Part shown: piece after piece, positions 1 through 13,202 of the stretch
Layout: every line of letters begins with the position of its first letter
How positions within the stretch are numbered: the stretch's first letter is position 1
DNA from: Amoeboaphelidium protococcarum X5
Taxonomy: Eukaryota > Fungi > Aphelidiomycota
Assembly: GCA_023515725.1 (NCBI GenBank)
Contig: JALDTO010000162.1
Location: forward strand, 479,555-543,554
DNA: 64,000 bases
Direction of reading: 5' to 3'
Notes under the pieces: model-generated
Seen by the model: the letters and a program-made list of their open reading frames with translations, nothing else
Told to the model about the DNA's origin: nothing
Databases searched by the model: none
Position numbers and translations under genes: made by a program

Positions 1-137
1 TCAGCGAGAATATTCTTGATTGGCTCTAGCGATACTTTGTCAAATTCAAGATCAATGTCTTACCGTGAGTTGGTGTTCAGAGACTGCGCATAACCAAATA
101 AAACAATTATAAGAATAGAAAGGATTTTTAGCTTCAT
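1..137 (-). CDS. 5' part of a secreted or membrane protein (runs off the window)
   Basis: MKLKILSILIIVLFGYAQSLNTNSRQDIDLEF...; signal-peptide-like N-terminus; reads through one TAA. Confidence 0.55.
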
Positions 138-682
138 CTTTACCAAACTTATTAAAATTTCCGGTAAAGTTTAATGTGACGCCAAGTAGGTAGGAAATCA
201 ACTACAGTTAGAGAAGCTTTTCAATGGCGGAACGCTCGAAGAAAATGAAAACTTTTCTTGAAACGTGACGCGCAAAGGCTCAAAAGATTCGGAGCATCTG
301 GGCGGTCACCCAAGAGAATATTCAACGTTCACTCATCGTTTTTTAATCTAATTAAAGTTGCTTGTAGTCTTCTGATAGAAGGAGTGGTCAAGTTGATATT
401 TTCTGCTATCTAAAGCCTGCAGAGTATAAAAGTTTCATCTTGTAACTTTAGGCTATTTTTAAACGCTCATATCCTCATCAAAGTCGAAATTGTGAATTTT
501 TGAATTGAATCTTGTTCTTTCCTCTCAGGCCTTTACTGTAAATCATTAATCTACTTTAAGTTGAGGTGATTTTGTAATTTAATTTGAGTGTACATATCTC
601 TGAATACTCTGTCTATTGCCTCGTCTACCTTGTCATTAGATCATAGCATCTTCCATAGATTTATATATTCAATCATATACAA

Positions 683-1957
683 ATGGCGGTGGATGATAAA
701 TATGTTGGGCTAATACTTGCTCTGTCCTCTTCCGTGCTGATCGGTGCCTCTTATATAATTACAAAAAAGGGACTCATTGCATCTAGATCTCATCACGGTG
801 GTGGCGGTACTGATAGCTATGGGTACTTGAGCAATAGTTTATGGTGGGTGGGAATGATTGTGATGGTTGGCGGTGAACTGGCTAATTTTGCGGCGTACTC
901 CTTTGCACCGGCTATTTTGGTCACTCCGCTTGGAGCTCTGTCCGTCCTGATAAGTGCTCTGCTGGCTCAATTCTTTTTGGGTGAACAACTGGGTCGCGAT
1001 GGTATTATTGGTAGTGCGCTGTCACTTATTGGCTCGCTTATCATCATTCTCCATGCGCCGGAAGAGAAGAAGGTGGAGTCTATCAATGAGATGCTGTAAT
1101 ATGCACTGCAGCCTGGTTTCCTTATATATATGATCCTATCTACTTCCATATCGGTATTACTCATCTATCATTACGCGCCAAAGTATGGGAAGCGGAATCC
1201 GCTTGTGTACATCTCCATCTGCTCTCTGGTCGGCAGTATCACTGTTATGGCTTGTAAAGCGTTTGGTATTGCTCTTAAACTCACCTTCTCCGGTAACAAT
1301 CAGTTCGTGTATCCATCCACCTACCTGTTTATTATAGTCGTTGTGACGTGTATTGTCACGTAGATGAATTACTTCAACAAGGCTCTGGATCTCTTCTCCA
1401 CTAACATTGTCACTCCGATCTATTATGTGTTTTTTACAACTGCCACCATATCTGCCAGTGTGATACTATTCCAAGGAATATCGGATACATCTGGAAATGA
1501 TTTGACCAGTATATTCTGTGGATTTTTGACTATATTTATTGGTGTCTTTTTGTTGAACACGCCCAAGACTGCTGGCGGTAATTTGAGATCCAGAGCTAAT
1601 AGTCGATCGCACCATAGCTCGGCTTTAGATATTATCAAGAGTCCATTTGTTTCCACGTATGGTCAGAATCCGGACAGGTTTTAAACTCTGAAAGATGATG
1701 TTGATTTTCTCGAAGATGAAGAAGATTCGAATCTGAATGGGGGCGGGAAACTGTATACTAATGGATTGGCTGTGACTGGTCTGAATGACACGGACAATAT
1801 TAGTTATAACAATAATGAAGATGATGAATTGGTTATTGGAGATGATGGTCTGCTCATAGTGCGGCATGAAGTTCCATTGAAATAGTCAGACTCGGAAAGT
1901 ACAAGTCGCAACGATAGCAGAAATGATAGCCGAAGTCCTTTGAGGCCATAGCGTTGA
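683..1957 (+). CDS. NIPA2: NIPA-family magnesium transporter, 424 aa
   Basis: ANFAAYSFAPAILVTPLGALSV and YISICSLVGS motifs. Track ORFs 683, 1130 and 1364 join through TAA/TAG=Gln (e.g. VT[TAG]MNY = TQMNY). TGA at 1955. Confidence 0.95.
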
Positions 1958-2189
1958 GATAGTTCCTTACCTATTGCCATGATTTCCATGCTGGTTGTTG
2001 ATGTCGTTCTTCATACTACTCATATCTCTGAGTTTTGTTTAAAATCCCCACTATCAATAGAATCATTACTTAATGCATGTTGCATCGAATTTTATATTTT
2101 AATCAAAATAACATTGCTGTTAAAGGTTTACTCATCTACGCAATACAATTATAAAGCATAGCATAAAAAGGCGCGATAATTTTCTGAAA

Positions 2190-4568
2190 TCATATCATTC
2201 CGAATCCTTCTGCATTTTATAAGGCAGTCAGCAGTTTATCTTTCAACTTGTCTGAGCTAGAGTACTCCGGTAGGAGGAGCACATTAAAACATGTGTGGGA
2301 ACTTGGTAATCGCTCCGAGTCAGGACCACTTTTAGTGATAGTGAAGCCGAGTTTACTGAATCCATGTACAGGAACTCTATCAGTGCCAGTGGTAAAGAAC
2401 AGTAAACGCTTCTTCTACTCAGTATCTAGATTAACCGCCACATCCCAGAATAGAGATACGACTGGAGAGTCGGCCGCATACCCACCATCGTACTAAGTGT
2501 GTTTACGAAGTTCATTGAAATCGAGATCGAGTGTACCGCAGATAAGCAACTCCATTTCCAACGGATGGAACAGTGAGATCGCGCTTCCCTAACACACCGA
2601 CCAGAAACCGTCTGCGAATGACTGGAACAACATGTCACAGGACTTGTTGAAAATGAAATCCACGTACAATTACACAAATTGCTCCCTATTATCATTCATC
2701 AAATCTATAGACTGTCCATTCGGGAGAAGTTCATTTTGATGAGTTTAATCAAAGACTGAGAAATCAACAGCGAATGATCTATCATACACGTCCTTAACAT
2801 CTCCATCTTTAAAATCCAATAAATCTTCCATTGATTTGCCAAGTATAGGATCGTATTACAGGAGATCATCCAATGAAGGTTTCAGCCCACTCAATTTCTT
2901 ATATAAAGCCACTGGAAATTACACATCCAGTATGACACTATTGTATATTGCGAGTCCAATCAATCGGCCAATCAGGCAAACTTCTTCAAGTAAAACCTTA
3001 TCAACATGGCTCTGAAGAAGCGTTGACTTTGTGAACCAATATAGGCCACTGTCTTCCTATCGCTCAAAGATACCATACATTGGGTCCATCAACTCTCTAA
3101 AGATTAATTGAAAAAATTCCTTCTACACACCTCGTTCATCTACACCTTCTTCTCCAATGAATTGAACTTTGAGCTGCTTCTTCAAGTCCTATTTCCGCCG
3201 AGGTTCCAGTTAAAACATTGCGTCTCTTACAATACTATCTCTGCGCACCTCAATAATCAAGTAGGGACTATTGACACCTGCGAACATGGCTCTGAAAAAC
3301 GAATCTTGCAATTCATGTCGCATCTACACCATAGACTCCACTTTCAGAATATCACTCTTTGTCGAGACATTCAATATCCAGGGATGATTGCAGAAGGAGA
3401 ATCCCTCCTTGGCTTTATAATGAGGGAAATCTTCTTTAATTTCCAGATATTCATTTACAATTTTGTTGTACCAAATTTACAGTCGAGAATCCCCACTACT
3501 ATTGCTGCTCATTGAGTCTTAATTGAGATTTTCTGTATTAAAAGGAACCAACTCGGAAAACTTATCACTCCAGCACTAGTGAAATAAACCAAGAACCATA
3601 ACAGCATTTCGTAAAGCTTCATCCTTATTTATAACAACAGCGCCACTTGAACTATCAGCAGAGAGAACAACTTTTAAATCTATGATCTCCTTAACTCTTT
3701 GCGAGATGAACCTTTGCAACGGTGTAATAAAGCGCATGAAGCATCGCCCAGTGAGCTTTACTTCATCCAGAATCTCCTAGTTCGATCTAGAAATGTAATT
3801 ATGCTGATGAAGATGACTCTATAATTTCTCAGAGGAGACTTGATTTTAGATAATATTAATAAACGCCAGCGAAAGATCATGCGATTTAACTACAATTCTT
3901 GCTAATACTTGCAGCACATGAATAGTCAAGTCATAACTCTGGCCAGACATGGAATCTGCATTGAGTTGACATATCATAAATAAAATAATCATCAATGAAT
4001 TAATATTATCGGCCCTTATAGACATTTCCGTATTCTCAACATTACTGTAAAGCATCACTTTGTCCAACAATATAGTAAGCACTTTGATGATGATCGAGCT
4101 ATTATCTGCTTGTCTGAGTAAATGCTAAAGCTATTAGACTTCGACATCAATCTTATGAACAATAGAATCTCTAATAAATCCGTCCGACACTGATTTGATA
4201 TCTTTAAACATTCGGTTAATAATTGACTCCTTCTAATTATTCTGAGCAAGTTGCAGACAATGACATAGAGCTTCAATTCCATACACATTATCAGGGATTT
4301 AGGGAGGTATTTCAACAAGACTACTTGCTTGAGCAGCAACTTCTTATTAAACAGCTTAAGCAATTGATCCAGAAGAGGATAAGCAGATGAACTATGGACC
4401 TTATTCCGCCAACTCCTATGCAATTTCAAGAATTTCCTCGTCAGGCATTGACTTGAATTCCGTAGATGGATTGGAAGCACAAAATGAGTTGGTACAGCCA
4501 GAATTCTACCTGCATCCAATTCTTAGTTAATAGAAATATTTCTCCTTCAATTATTATGAATACTACAT
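2190..4568 (-). CDS. UBE3A: HECT E3 ubiquitin ligase with N-terminal AZUL Zn finger (UBE3A/E6AP-like)
   Basis: N-term [25 protein letters not shown]; C-term [20 protein letters not shown]...[11 protein letters not shown]; start and stop in the same frame. Confidence 0.88.
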
Positions 4569-4758
4569 CTGTGCACTATGGACACTTATGGTATGATGCT
4601 CAGAACGTGGGATGTTTCACTAGACGTTGGTCACAATGGGGGAAAGAATGAATATTTTGTTTCCGAAACAAATGGGGAGGAGAATTGAATGAAACAACTA
4701 ACCGCTTATAAAGTACTGTAAAACAACGCCTTTTTTATTGAAACCATCATTATTATCA

Positions 4759-5863
4759 TCACTGACTCATAATAGTATTTACACTATTTTCTAACTAAGG
4801 CCCTTATTTCCGGGATTTAGACCGGGCTTAATTAACATCCTTGGCTTGTTAAGACGAAATCAATGCACTTTGAAGACGCGTCATTATTGTCAAATCGACC
4901 TGATAACGTGCCAGTTTCAAAAGTCTTGAGCACTACACAGTTTTAATTACAATGAGTCATACAAATGCAGGAACAACTTACCGCTATAGATTCTCTCAAT
5001 GTGATAGAAGCGTAAATCAACACACTAATAGCTACTCTGCTTGGGAGCTATGATTTAAAGATATCTTCCATTTACATAACTTGAGTCAGGTACGTCTACA
5101 AATTACACTAGAGAGATTAGGAAAAAACACTAACAAATAATCTACTATTTGACACATACCGTCGCCATGTTGTAAAGATTAGACTTCACATTGATGCCAA
5201 TCTTTTGAGAATACACGCCCAAGAATGTGTATGCTGTCGGGAATGTAACTCGATAATCCTACACCATTAGCGGTTAAACGCGTCTGCATTCAGACATCTT
5301 CATCAATATAATATTATTACCAGCTCTTTCAAAATTATCTGCTCTGCATTCAGAATATCCGCAGATGTGATGGATAATACTTCAGTTGAATATTAAGCGC
5401 ATAGATCAACAAGAGTAGATAATTTTGGCAAAGTCACTTCTTCGACTTTCACGGCAATATTAACTGCAGCTATAGCAATAATTCGGTAATCTCTTTAATG
5501 ATATATTTTTGAATATTCGGAGGAACTGAAACGATCTATAATAGACATGGAGAGATAAAACGTTTCTGGCCTGAGATTCAACTTGTCAGATATATGGGAG
5601 ACTAGAGCAATCTTTTGTGATCGATATTGATCTCTTTCCATATTCGCATGTTGCATAAGATACGTTTCAAGTCTATACAAGTGTTATGTAATAGCATTCT
5701 CATATTCGCTCGTGACCAACTCAGCGGCATATTAATCTCGTTGAAGATATCCAGTTTTCGAGCCAGGATCTTTTGCATAATCATTAGATTTATAGTAAGA
5801 TTTTTCTCCATCTTTATGGCGACCTTTCACCAAAAAGTCCAAGCAGCAAAAGAGTCCAAACAT
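4759..5863 (-). CDS. cyclin (cyclin-box protein), 3 introns
   Basis: LNLRPETFYLSMSIIDRF, IAAVNIAVKVEE, ILNAEQIILKEL|DYRVTFPTAYTFL; GT..AG introns at about 5249-5310, 5096-5159 and 4933-4981 restore the frame. Confidence 0.85.
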
Positions 5864-6019
5864 TGTGATTTTTATATACAGTACCTTAAGATTTACAGTG
5901 ATGCCAGAGTTGTAAAAATTAAAAGACAATGGATATTAGCAACTGATGGCGACGATCAAAACAATTATTTGAGACAATCTGCTGAAACAACAATTAACCA
6001 ATGCCGTTCATGTATTGCG

Positions 6020-6330
6020 TCATGATAGGGAACTCCTCCGCCAGCGGCGATTAAAGCCGTCCGCATTAACAGAATAACGCGACGACCTGAAGTTTGCCAT
6101 AAATATATATCTCTGCCCCTTGTCTTTAATGCTAATAGAGCTTGTCTTTACATTCTGCAAGATGTGCCAAAAGCACAATGCGTGGTTTACTCCATCGTAT
6201 TCTTTCAATGATCGCTGCAGAGCCAAATCCTTGTCGGAGTAAACAGCTTAACGATTTGAGTGCAAAGCAGACTTTGTTAATGAGCGGCGTTGGGAGTCCG
6301 TGCGCAACTTGTACCTCAAAGTTTTGACAA
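6020..6330 (-). mobile_element. MULE (Mutator-like) transposase remnant
   Basis: VYSDKDLALQRSLKEYDGVNHALCFWHILQNVK matches the MULE D...CxxH signature; short, with no start. Confidence 0.7.
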
Positions 6331-6405
6331 ATATATGGTAACAAAAAGCATCGGGATTTAAGAGCTATATCAAACAATATACTTTTACATGAATAATGAA
6401 ATAAT

Positions 6406-7860
6406 TCAACAACTCTCACAATCGGATGACAGCAAGTAATGTGTTTAGAAGTGATCGCGATTAGACTCTTCTTGATTAAATGTGTCAACCGCGACACCAA
6501 CAGGAAAGCCGCCATCACTATCACTACAAGAGTCATTCTCTTGCTCATCTGAGCCTGTCGCTGGTTCAATAAAGTCAGCCAACTATTGCACTCTCACCTC
6601 TTGATAAACCATAGTTCCGTCTTCGGCTTCACCACACTTAAAACGTGGGATGATACGCCCAACATCCTAGGAAACATGATGTTCTTCTTCACTGCGTTCA
6701 TCATTGAAATCATCATAATTATCTTCTTAATTACTACGGCGCGCCCTTTTACTGGGCCTCACTTTATCAATGCTATCAGGAATAGGCTTTGAAGATCGCT
6801 TCCTAGTATATTTCATAGACGACGACTATTTCAGCGGGGTGTAAGAGGCATTGGCAGCAAGAGGATTTGAAATACGCGACACTTGTAATTTCTACTACTC
6901 AGATGGCTTTCTTAGTAGACAGATAATGAGCGCCTTTATCAATCGATCACCGATAGGCTCTGATGCATTGGCGCCATCCTCCTCTGTGAATGGGTACGTG
7001 AATACTTCATTTCGGACCTCATTTTCAACAAAGATTTTAAAGCGCACAGAGTTGAGTAGAAAGATGGGGGCATTCAGTGTGTACAATGCGGCAAACATCT
7101 GAGCAGTTCTAGAATCTTGATACCAATGCTGATGGACTGGAAATGCAGTGCGACTTTTCAACTCTGTACCAATAAACGTAAACGAATCGCAATAATAATC
7201 TTGGAAACAAACGTCCATACAAGATTGATAATCATACTCAGGCTTGGCCATGATGCCCCCAATTCGCGTTTTGCGTTCGGCTATTGGCTTCGCTGCGACT
7301 TAGAGAATTGAAGCTATCGCACCAACCAGTATAGACAAAACAGCAAAAATATTAACCTCAGAATCAGCTTCACGCAGTTGTGTCAGAGACAATTAAATCG
7401 TTTGATTATCCTTGACAATTTACCAATAATCAATCCAATCCTAGCGCGAAACCTTGAGCAGAGCTGCTAAACTATCAAGCCCATCATACTCACAGCCTAA
7501 AGGTTGAACATTTCTATACAGCGCTGGATGGAATAAAACATGCTTTAACTATGATGCATGTGGAGTAACAATTACATGGGTCTATTTCTCTTAATCACGA
7601 TCATCCGAACGCGAAACCAGCCTGACAGACGCCTTAAGAACAAATTCATGGAGCTTTATACAATGAGATTAAATTAGGTCTTGCAAAGGAGTTTCGAAAT
7701 TCTGCCCCATATCATCATCGGAATCATCTTCAACATAATCTAGGATATCAACGGTTGATCCAGATCTAGAGGAATTTGCCTCTATGTAAGCACTTGGCTC
7801 TACTCGAACTAATTACGGCAATGAGATATCAAGACTCTGATTGAACGTAGGTAAGGACAT
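6406..7860 (-). CDS. 484-aa protein with putative PD-(D/E)xK (REase-fold) domain, Crinkler/effector-like
   Basis: Single open frame with TAR=Gln; DSEVN...SCMDVCF...GTELKS...AQMFAALY spacing resembles E..D..ExK..Q; acidic C-terminal tail. Confidence 0.55.
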
Positions 7861-8379
7861 ATGACGCGTTAATTAGTATTAATTAAGTACTAATAGAAAT
7901 AAACAAAGACTCAGAACAGAAAGAAGGCTATGAGTTTTCCGCCGGTGAATAAAAAGTAAAAATTTTCTCTTCTACAGCAAAATAGTGAAAACACTAAGCT
8001 TCTTCGACAGTCCACATATGATAAGTAGTATAGACTGGGATATGATAAGATTCATAAACTTCATGCTTTCAGGATCCTTATAGGTCGCATCAATGAGGAA
8101 ATTGTAACACTCGATCGAGTAGCTTACTTACACGAATCGAGTCAAAGTGCTGGTATCCGAGATATCCGCTTAATACCTCTTTTTCAGATGAAGTAATCTC
8201 CGCGGAATATGGTGATTATCGCCAATAGATGATTAATTTTGTGTTGGAAATTTTATTGGAGTTCCCTATTATTATTATTCTTCTTATTATTATGATTCTC
8301 ATTACAGTATTATTATTTAGACTTGAGTTTAATTTGCAATAACAGATATTTCACAACATCGTTTAGAATGGAATTATTC

Positions 8380-9000
8380 ATTGAGCTAATTTATCATTAA
8401 TTTTTGAAACGCGGGTGAGATCAATAAAGCCAGGCATAACTGCCCATTAAGCGGGATTGTCCGGATCCGGAAAGGGTAGTGGAGCAAGATTACGCAACTC
8501 TGCATCATCATGCTAGTACCCATGGGATCGTATGTGTTCCTTTGCAGCATTAATCGCTTCATTAGGATTGTTTCGCCAATACTTCAAGTTTGTTAGTCCA
8601 ACAAAGCCAACTCGGCAACTTTGGTACCATTATAAAAGTCTTCATCAGGTCTCAGTCTTCTATTCCAGGAGTGCGGAGGACAAAATATGAGAGTATCTTA
8701 CTCACTGCCTTCTGAAGAAATAGAATAGCAGCGTGCATGAATGGCGAATGGCATAACCAAATATTTCATGCAATTCAAAGTCTTGATACAGACTTGCCTG
8801 CATTGCGGGTAAAGGATCTGCCATAGTTTTAACTCATCTTCAAGACTATTCTTGGAATCGCTTCGTAATCGCTTCACAACACATAGGTGACCTGATATAT
8901 CAGCTGCCATATACACGGTGCCATCGCCACCCGTATGATGATATCTTTCAAATAGAGTTCGTCACGCATATATTCAGTCTCTTGGCGGTTTTAAAAATCT
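8380..9000 (-). pseudogene. degenerate atypical kinase-like domain of the type found in Crinkler-like proteins
   Basis: HTGGDGTVYMAA, VVKR, LVMPF, HGYQHDDAELRN, GFIDLTRV; in-frame TGAs upstream and a frameshift near 8600. Confidence 0.6.
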
Positions 9001-9197
9001 AAAGCTTTAATGCCAAACTAGAATCGCTCTAATAGGTATCGGGATCACCAAGATCATCCTAGAGACCGCAAAGTTGCGCATAGCAACCATCTGATAAGGA
9101 TTTTCATTACTGAAGATGTGGTGAGCCTTGATTTGAAAATATATCCCATCTGCATTTACTTTACATTTTGGTCATTCTCCTACTTAGTTATTAAGAG

Positions 9198-9878
9198 ATG
9201 AGCAAGCAGCACAAATTGAAAGCTTTCGTTCAATCAGACGGATCTATTGACATAGTCGATTCCTCGGCAGGTCGGGAATTGTATATCACTCTGAATAAAA
9301 CAATCTAGTTAAAACCCACATCTAGCGCAATTAGGGTCTTTCCTGATGGTTCCAAGGTTGTAAGTGGTCACAGTAATGGTTAGGTATGTATTTGGAATGT
9401 TTCTGATGGATAACTTTTGAAGACTTTGAGTGGGCATTCTGGCGGCAATATGTCAATTGAGTTTTCGCCTAATGGCTCCAAAATTGTTGTTGATGACTAT
9501 AATGGCAAAGTATGTATTTGGGATGTGACGAATGGTTTTCAACAATCTTATTTGAATGTTACATGTTCAAGTTCTAATTCGTATGGCTTCTCTAAAGACA
9601 ACCAATATATAGCGGTTGTTCACGATGATGGATCATCAATCAAAGTTTTTAACGTAAATCTACTCAACTGCTCTTTAAATCTTACCCTTTTCAATCTTTT
9701 TCACAGCATCGTCGCTCTTCCTCTTCTTAGTCTCAAAGTCGCCACATTCTTGCTCGTATATCGAAATCAAATTATCTAAACTTCTGATAGCCCAAAGAGT
9801 CTTCAACTCCACTGTAAGTTTTGGAAGATGCTTGGCTCTATCAGACACCAAAACCAGATCTGGGTCACCAAATACTGA
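9198..9878 (+). CDS. truncated WD40-repeat protein; 3' part reads antisense through the neighbouring ORF
   Basis: PDGSKVVSGHSNGQVCIWNV, LSGHSG..FSPNGSKIV..VCIWDV; WD character stops at about 9655. Confidence 0.65.
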
Positions 9879-10385
9879 GCTGCCGGATTAAGATAAAAAT
9901 CCACAATCAGTACCGAAATACGCGTAATCTTTATGGCCAGAGAGCGATCGGCAGCATTCACTGACTACTTTAGCTGGTTTTCTTTGATACTCAGCTTAAA
10001 CTTGACTTTCATTGCTAATATAATCTTCTTCTGCCAATGATAGATATTTAAATAGTTCCAAATCCGGGACCTTAGCAATGAAATCCACAGCTGTTTCGTC
10101 AAAGTCGGGCCAGATGCGTAAATCAAGTCGTGATATGTCAGCATACTTTTTACTAACACTTGTTGTAGTCCTTTTCCCACTCATCTAAGGGCCAACATGG
10201 CATTCTTTAAAAGTAAAATTAATCGAGTCAGAGACAGTTTACAGGATCTTGTTATTTGACTGCACTAAATATTCAAAGATATCATGTCCATGTGATTTGT
10301 CCTTTAATATCGCACTCGAGTTCGCCCCTTCATTGTCAGTTGTTGGAAAATAACGCGTCCACACTGACTTAAATCTCTGAGGCAT
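9636..10385 (-). pseudogene. C-terminally truncated PD-(D/E)xK REase-like protein
   Basis: LRIWPDF...SNESQVQ...FGDPDLVL...TVELKTLW...RAVEQIY, then an abrupt switch to WD40 antisense sequence and TGA. Confidence 0.6.
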
Positions 10386-10501
10386 GATGTCGCTACCTGT
10401 TTATCACACGTTGGTAGCAGTTAACATCATTCCGCCACTTTATATAAAATTTAGCGAATAACATTTCTAATTAATCAGGATAAAATAAGAAGCATATTTA
10501 G

Positions 10502-12175
10502 TCAGTATTTTTATTGTTTTTTCAATGTTTTGTCGTTTATATAAGCACCCAGTCCACCACCACCGCCGCCGCTACTCTTCTGAATACTCAGTGAATCGGA
10601 CGCACCGCTAGCTGTAGCCAATTCTTGAAAACACCTCTCTGCACATTATTTCAAATCACGCCAACTAAGAATCAGGCAATTGGATTCATCGCAACTCACC
10701 AGCAAGACGTTCTCTTCACTGCCGCAATCCAACTTGTTCAGGCATTTCAAAACGTGAGCCATATTCAAAACTGGTACATGCATTCCATTCACACCAGGTG
10801 CCTGTTAGTGGAAGATGTAATCTCGTAGGAGAGACAGAGTGTACCGATCACCAGTCTGAGCCCATGTGGTATCACCAAGTAGATGGTCACGCTCCAAAAT
10901 CGCATTCAATTTCACCATCAATCTAAACAATCTGCCATTCTCAATATCCCTCTTCATAGAGGACTGAATAATATCAGCCATAGCGTATGCTCTCTATGTC
11001 TCTTGGATCAGCTTAGGCGCCATAACTGGAAAGCATTGACCAATAATGTTGGATGCAATCTATTTTTCTACCACATAGCCTGATTAAACGTTATTCATCT
11101 CTGTTTGACATGCGTCTAGAATAAACAAAATCAAATTCTTTAAATCCTGCTCCTCTGGTGCACCCGACTTGCTATTGACGTCGTTACAAAATGTATTAAT
11201 AAACGCAGGAATAATCTACTAAGGCTGATAAATCATATCTGGAGCATCACATTACAGAGCTAAAGAGGCAATCAAAGTGACAGCCTGCATTAGATCATTC
11301 AGTTAACTATGAATAAGCTACCCAGTGGTATAACTCTAACTTTAAGAGTACAATACATGTGGAATGCCAAGATATGCCAATCTGATCTATCCAGAATAAC
11401 TTCTCATCACCGTGAAAGGATTCAAGATTCCCACAGTTAAACCACATTAGAATATCTGATGCAACAGGCTCAGCAATTACACCAAGACACTCCACACTTC
11501 ATCAATGATAGCCCGGCAATCTATATTCTAATCAGTAACATACAAAGGAAACGCATGATACAGAGGTGTTAAAGAACCAAAACTGTCATATATAAACATG
11601 AGCGAATCATCGCCAAAGAATCTGGTGGAGAAGGCCTCCTTTAACTTTACCACTCCCGGCAGATAAACCAGACCGCCGTTAATATACTTGCCAAGAGATA
11701 GAAGAATTTTTTCATTCAGCGGTTTATATCCACACACTCTAATCATTGTCACGAACGAACTATCCACAGCACTAATACCATGATATCTTATCAACTAATA
11801 CTCAGACAGAACGTGCCGCAGATCATCATGATCATCCACCTAAACCACAGAGTGGTAATCACCGACTGATACAGACTATTTGGCTGAATTGAAGTACACA
11901 TTATATTGACTCTGCATTTCAGATAGTATCCGATGCCTGAGTTGACTTTCTACCTGGTACTGTTTACTGTTACTACTACTATTCTAAAGCTGTGATGCAT
12001 CAAAGTATATATTATGGTCAAGCGGATCCACTTGGGAATGTCTATATGTGAGTTGGTCAATATGCACCGGTTATACATACCCATCACTACCAACAACAGG
12101 TAACTGAAAAAATTCGGCATTCTGTCCATACTCTGTCTATTCTGGATAATCCCGATTAATGTTAACTTTAGTCAT
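10502..12175 (-). CDS. PAN3: PAN3 deadenylase subunit (pseudokinase plus C-terminal knob domain)
   Basis: WAQTGDRYTLSLLRDYIFHQ...AHVLKCLNKLDCGSEENVLLVSCDESNCLILSWRDLKQCAERCFQEL. Confidence 0.85.
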
Positions 12176-13202
12176 TTTTTACGATACCTGACTCACTTGG
12201 CTAATTATTTAATTTTAATCTAAACTGCTGACACCATTGTCAGGTGCAATACTTGACTTTGACGACTACGGTTCAAATTAGATCTATTGTTATGAAATCT
12301 CTCCCTATCCAGGAGTCGCTATTACAGTTGAACTATGTTTATATAGACATCCCTACTTCTCATACTTGCAATAGCCATACAGAGCAATATTTCTGCACTA
12401 CTTATCGAACCTCTACTACTAGTTCTTACTAGCAGACTGCTAATCCTCCTCTTCTCCTTCGCCCATGACTAGAGAATCGGATACTTGAATCCTACAGCAG
12501 ACTTTTCACAAAACTTCAAGTAAGAAATTACCCACCAGGAAGAACAATCTAATATTCTAAATAATTCCAAGAAGACTGCCCTCTAAAATACCCAGGAGCC
12601 AAAACTATAACAATAGAGCGTACTGAAATAAAACTCGATTATCTGCTAAAGAAATCCAATCGAGACGAGACGAGACGAGAGAAAGAGCGAACTGTTGAAA
12701 GAGAGATGCGGAGAGATGAAGAGAGATGCAGAGAGAGAGATCAGTGAATAAGAGTACGAGCTAAAGAGCGTATCATGCGAGGTTAAGCTGTGATGGAAGA
12801 TTCATTGTAATATGAAGGTAACAAAGAGTGTAACTGACACTATTTATTGATAGATGTTGCTGCTTCACGTTCTATGCGCTAAAGATTTCGTTTGATTTGT
12901 ATCATGCTGTACTACTGTAAGCATTCAATACGCGTTGCTCTCTTGGTGCTTTAAGGATGAATGAGACAACTGTTCAGAATAGATGGACGTTTGCTTTACA
13001 GATGGAGACGTTTGCCTGGCTACGATTATTAAATAAGTGCTATTTTATATCATGGTATTTTGTCTAGGCTTCTTGGTAACGATTGGAACCTCTAAATTAA
13101 ATTTAGATCTTTGTCTAGATCCTACAGTTGTATACAACGCAGAATATTGCTATCCATCACCTCTATTGAATAAGTTGTAACTGTATAAAAGCGCTTCCAA
13201 AT

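Noticed and set aside
7930-8232. 100-codon plus-strand ORF under table 6
   Set aside because: No motif, and with one stop codon frames of this length arise by chance
12244-12800. Short ORFs and GA-rich repeats upstream of PAN3
   Set aside because: Better explained as a pyrimidine-rich leader or promoter of PAN3; no regular repeat-spacer structure
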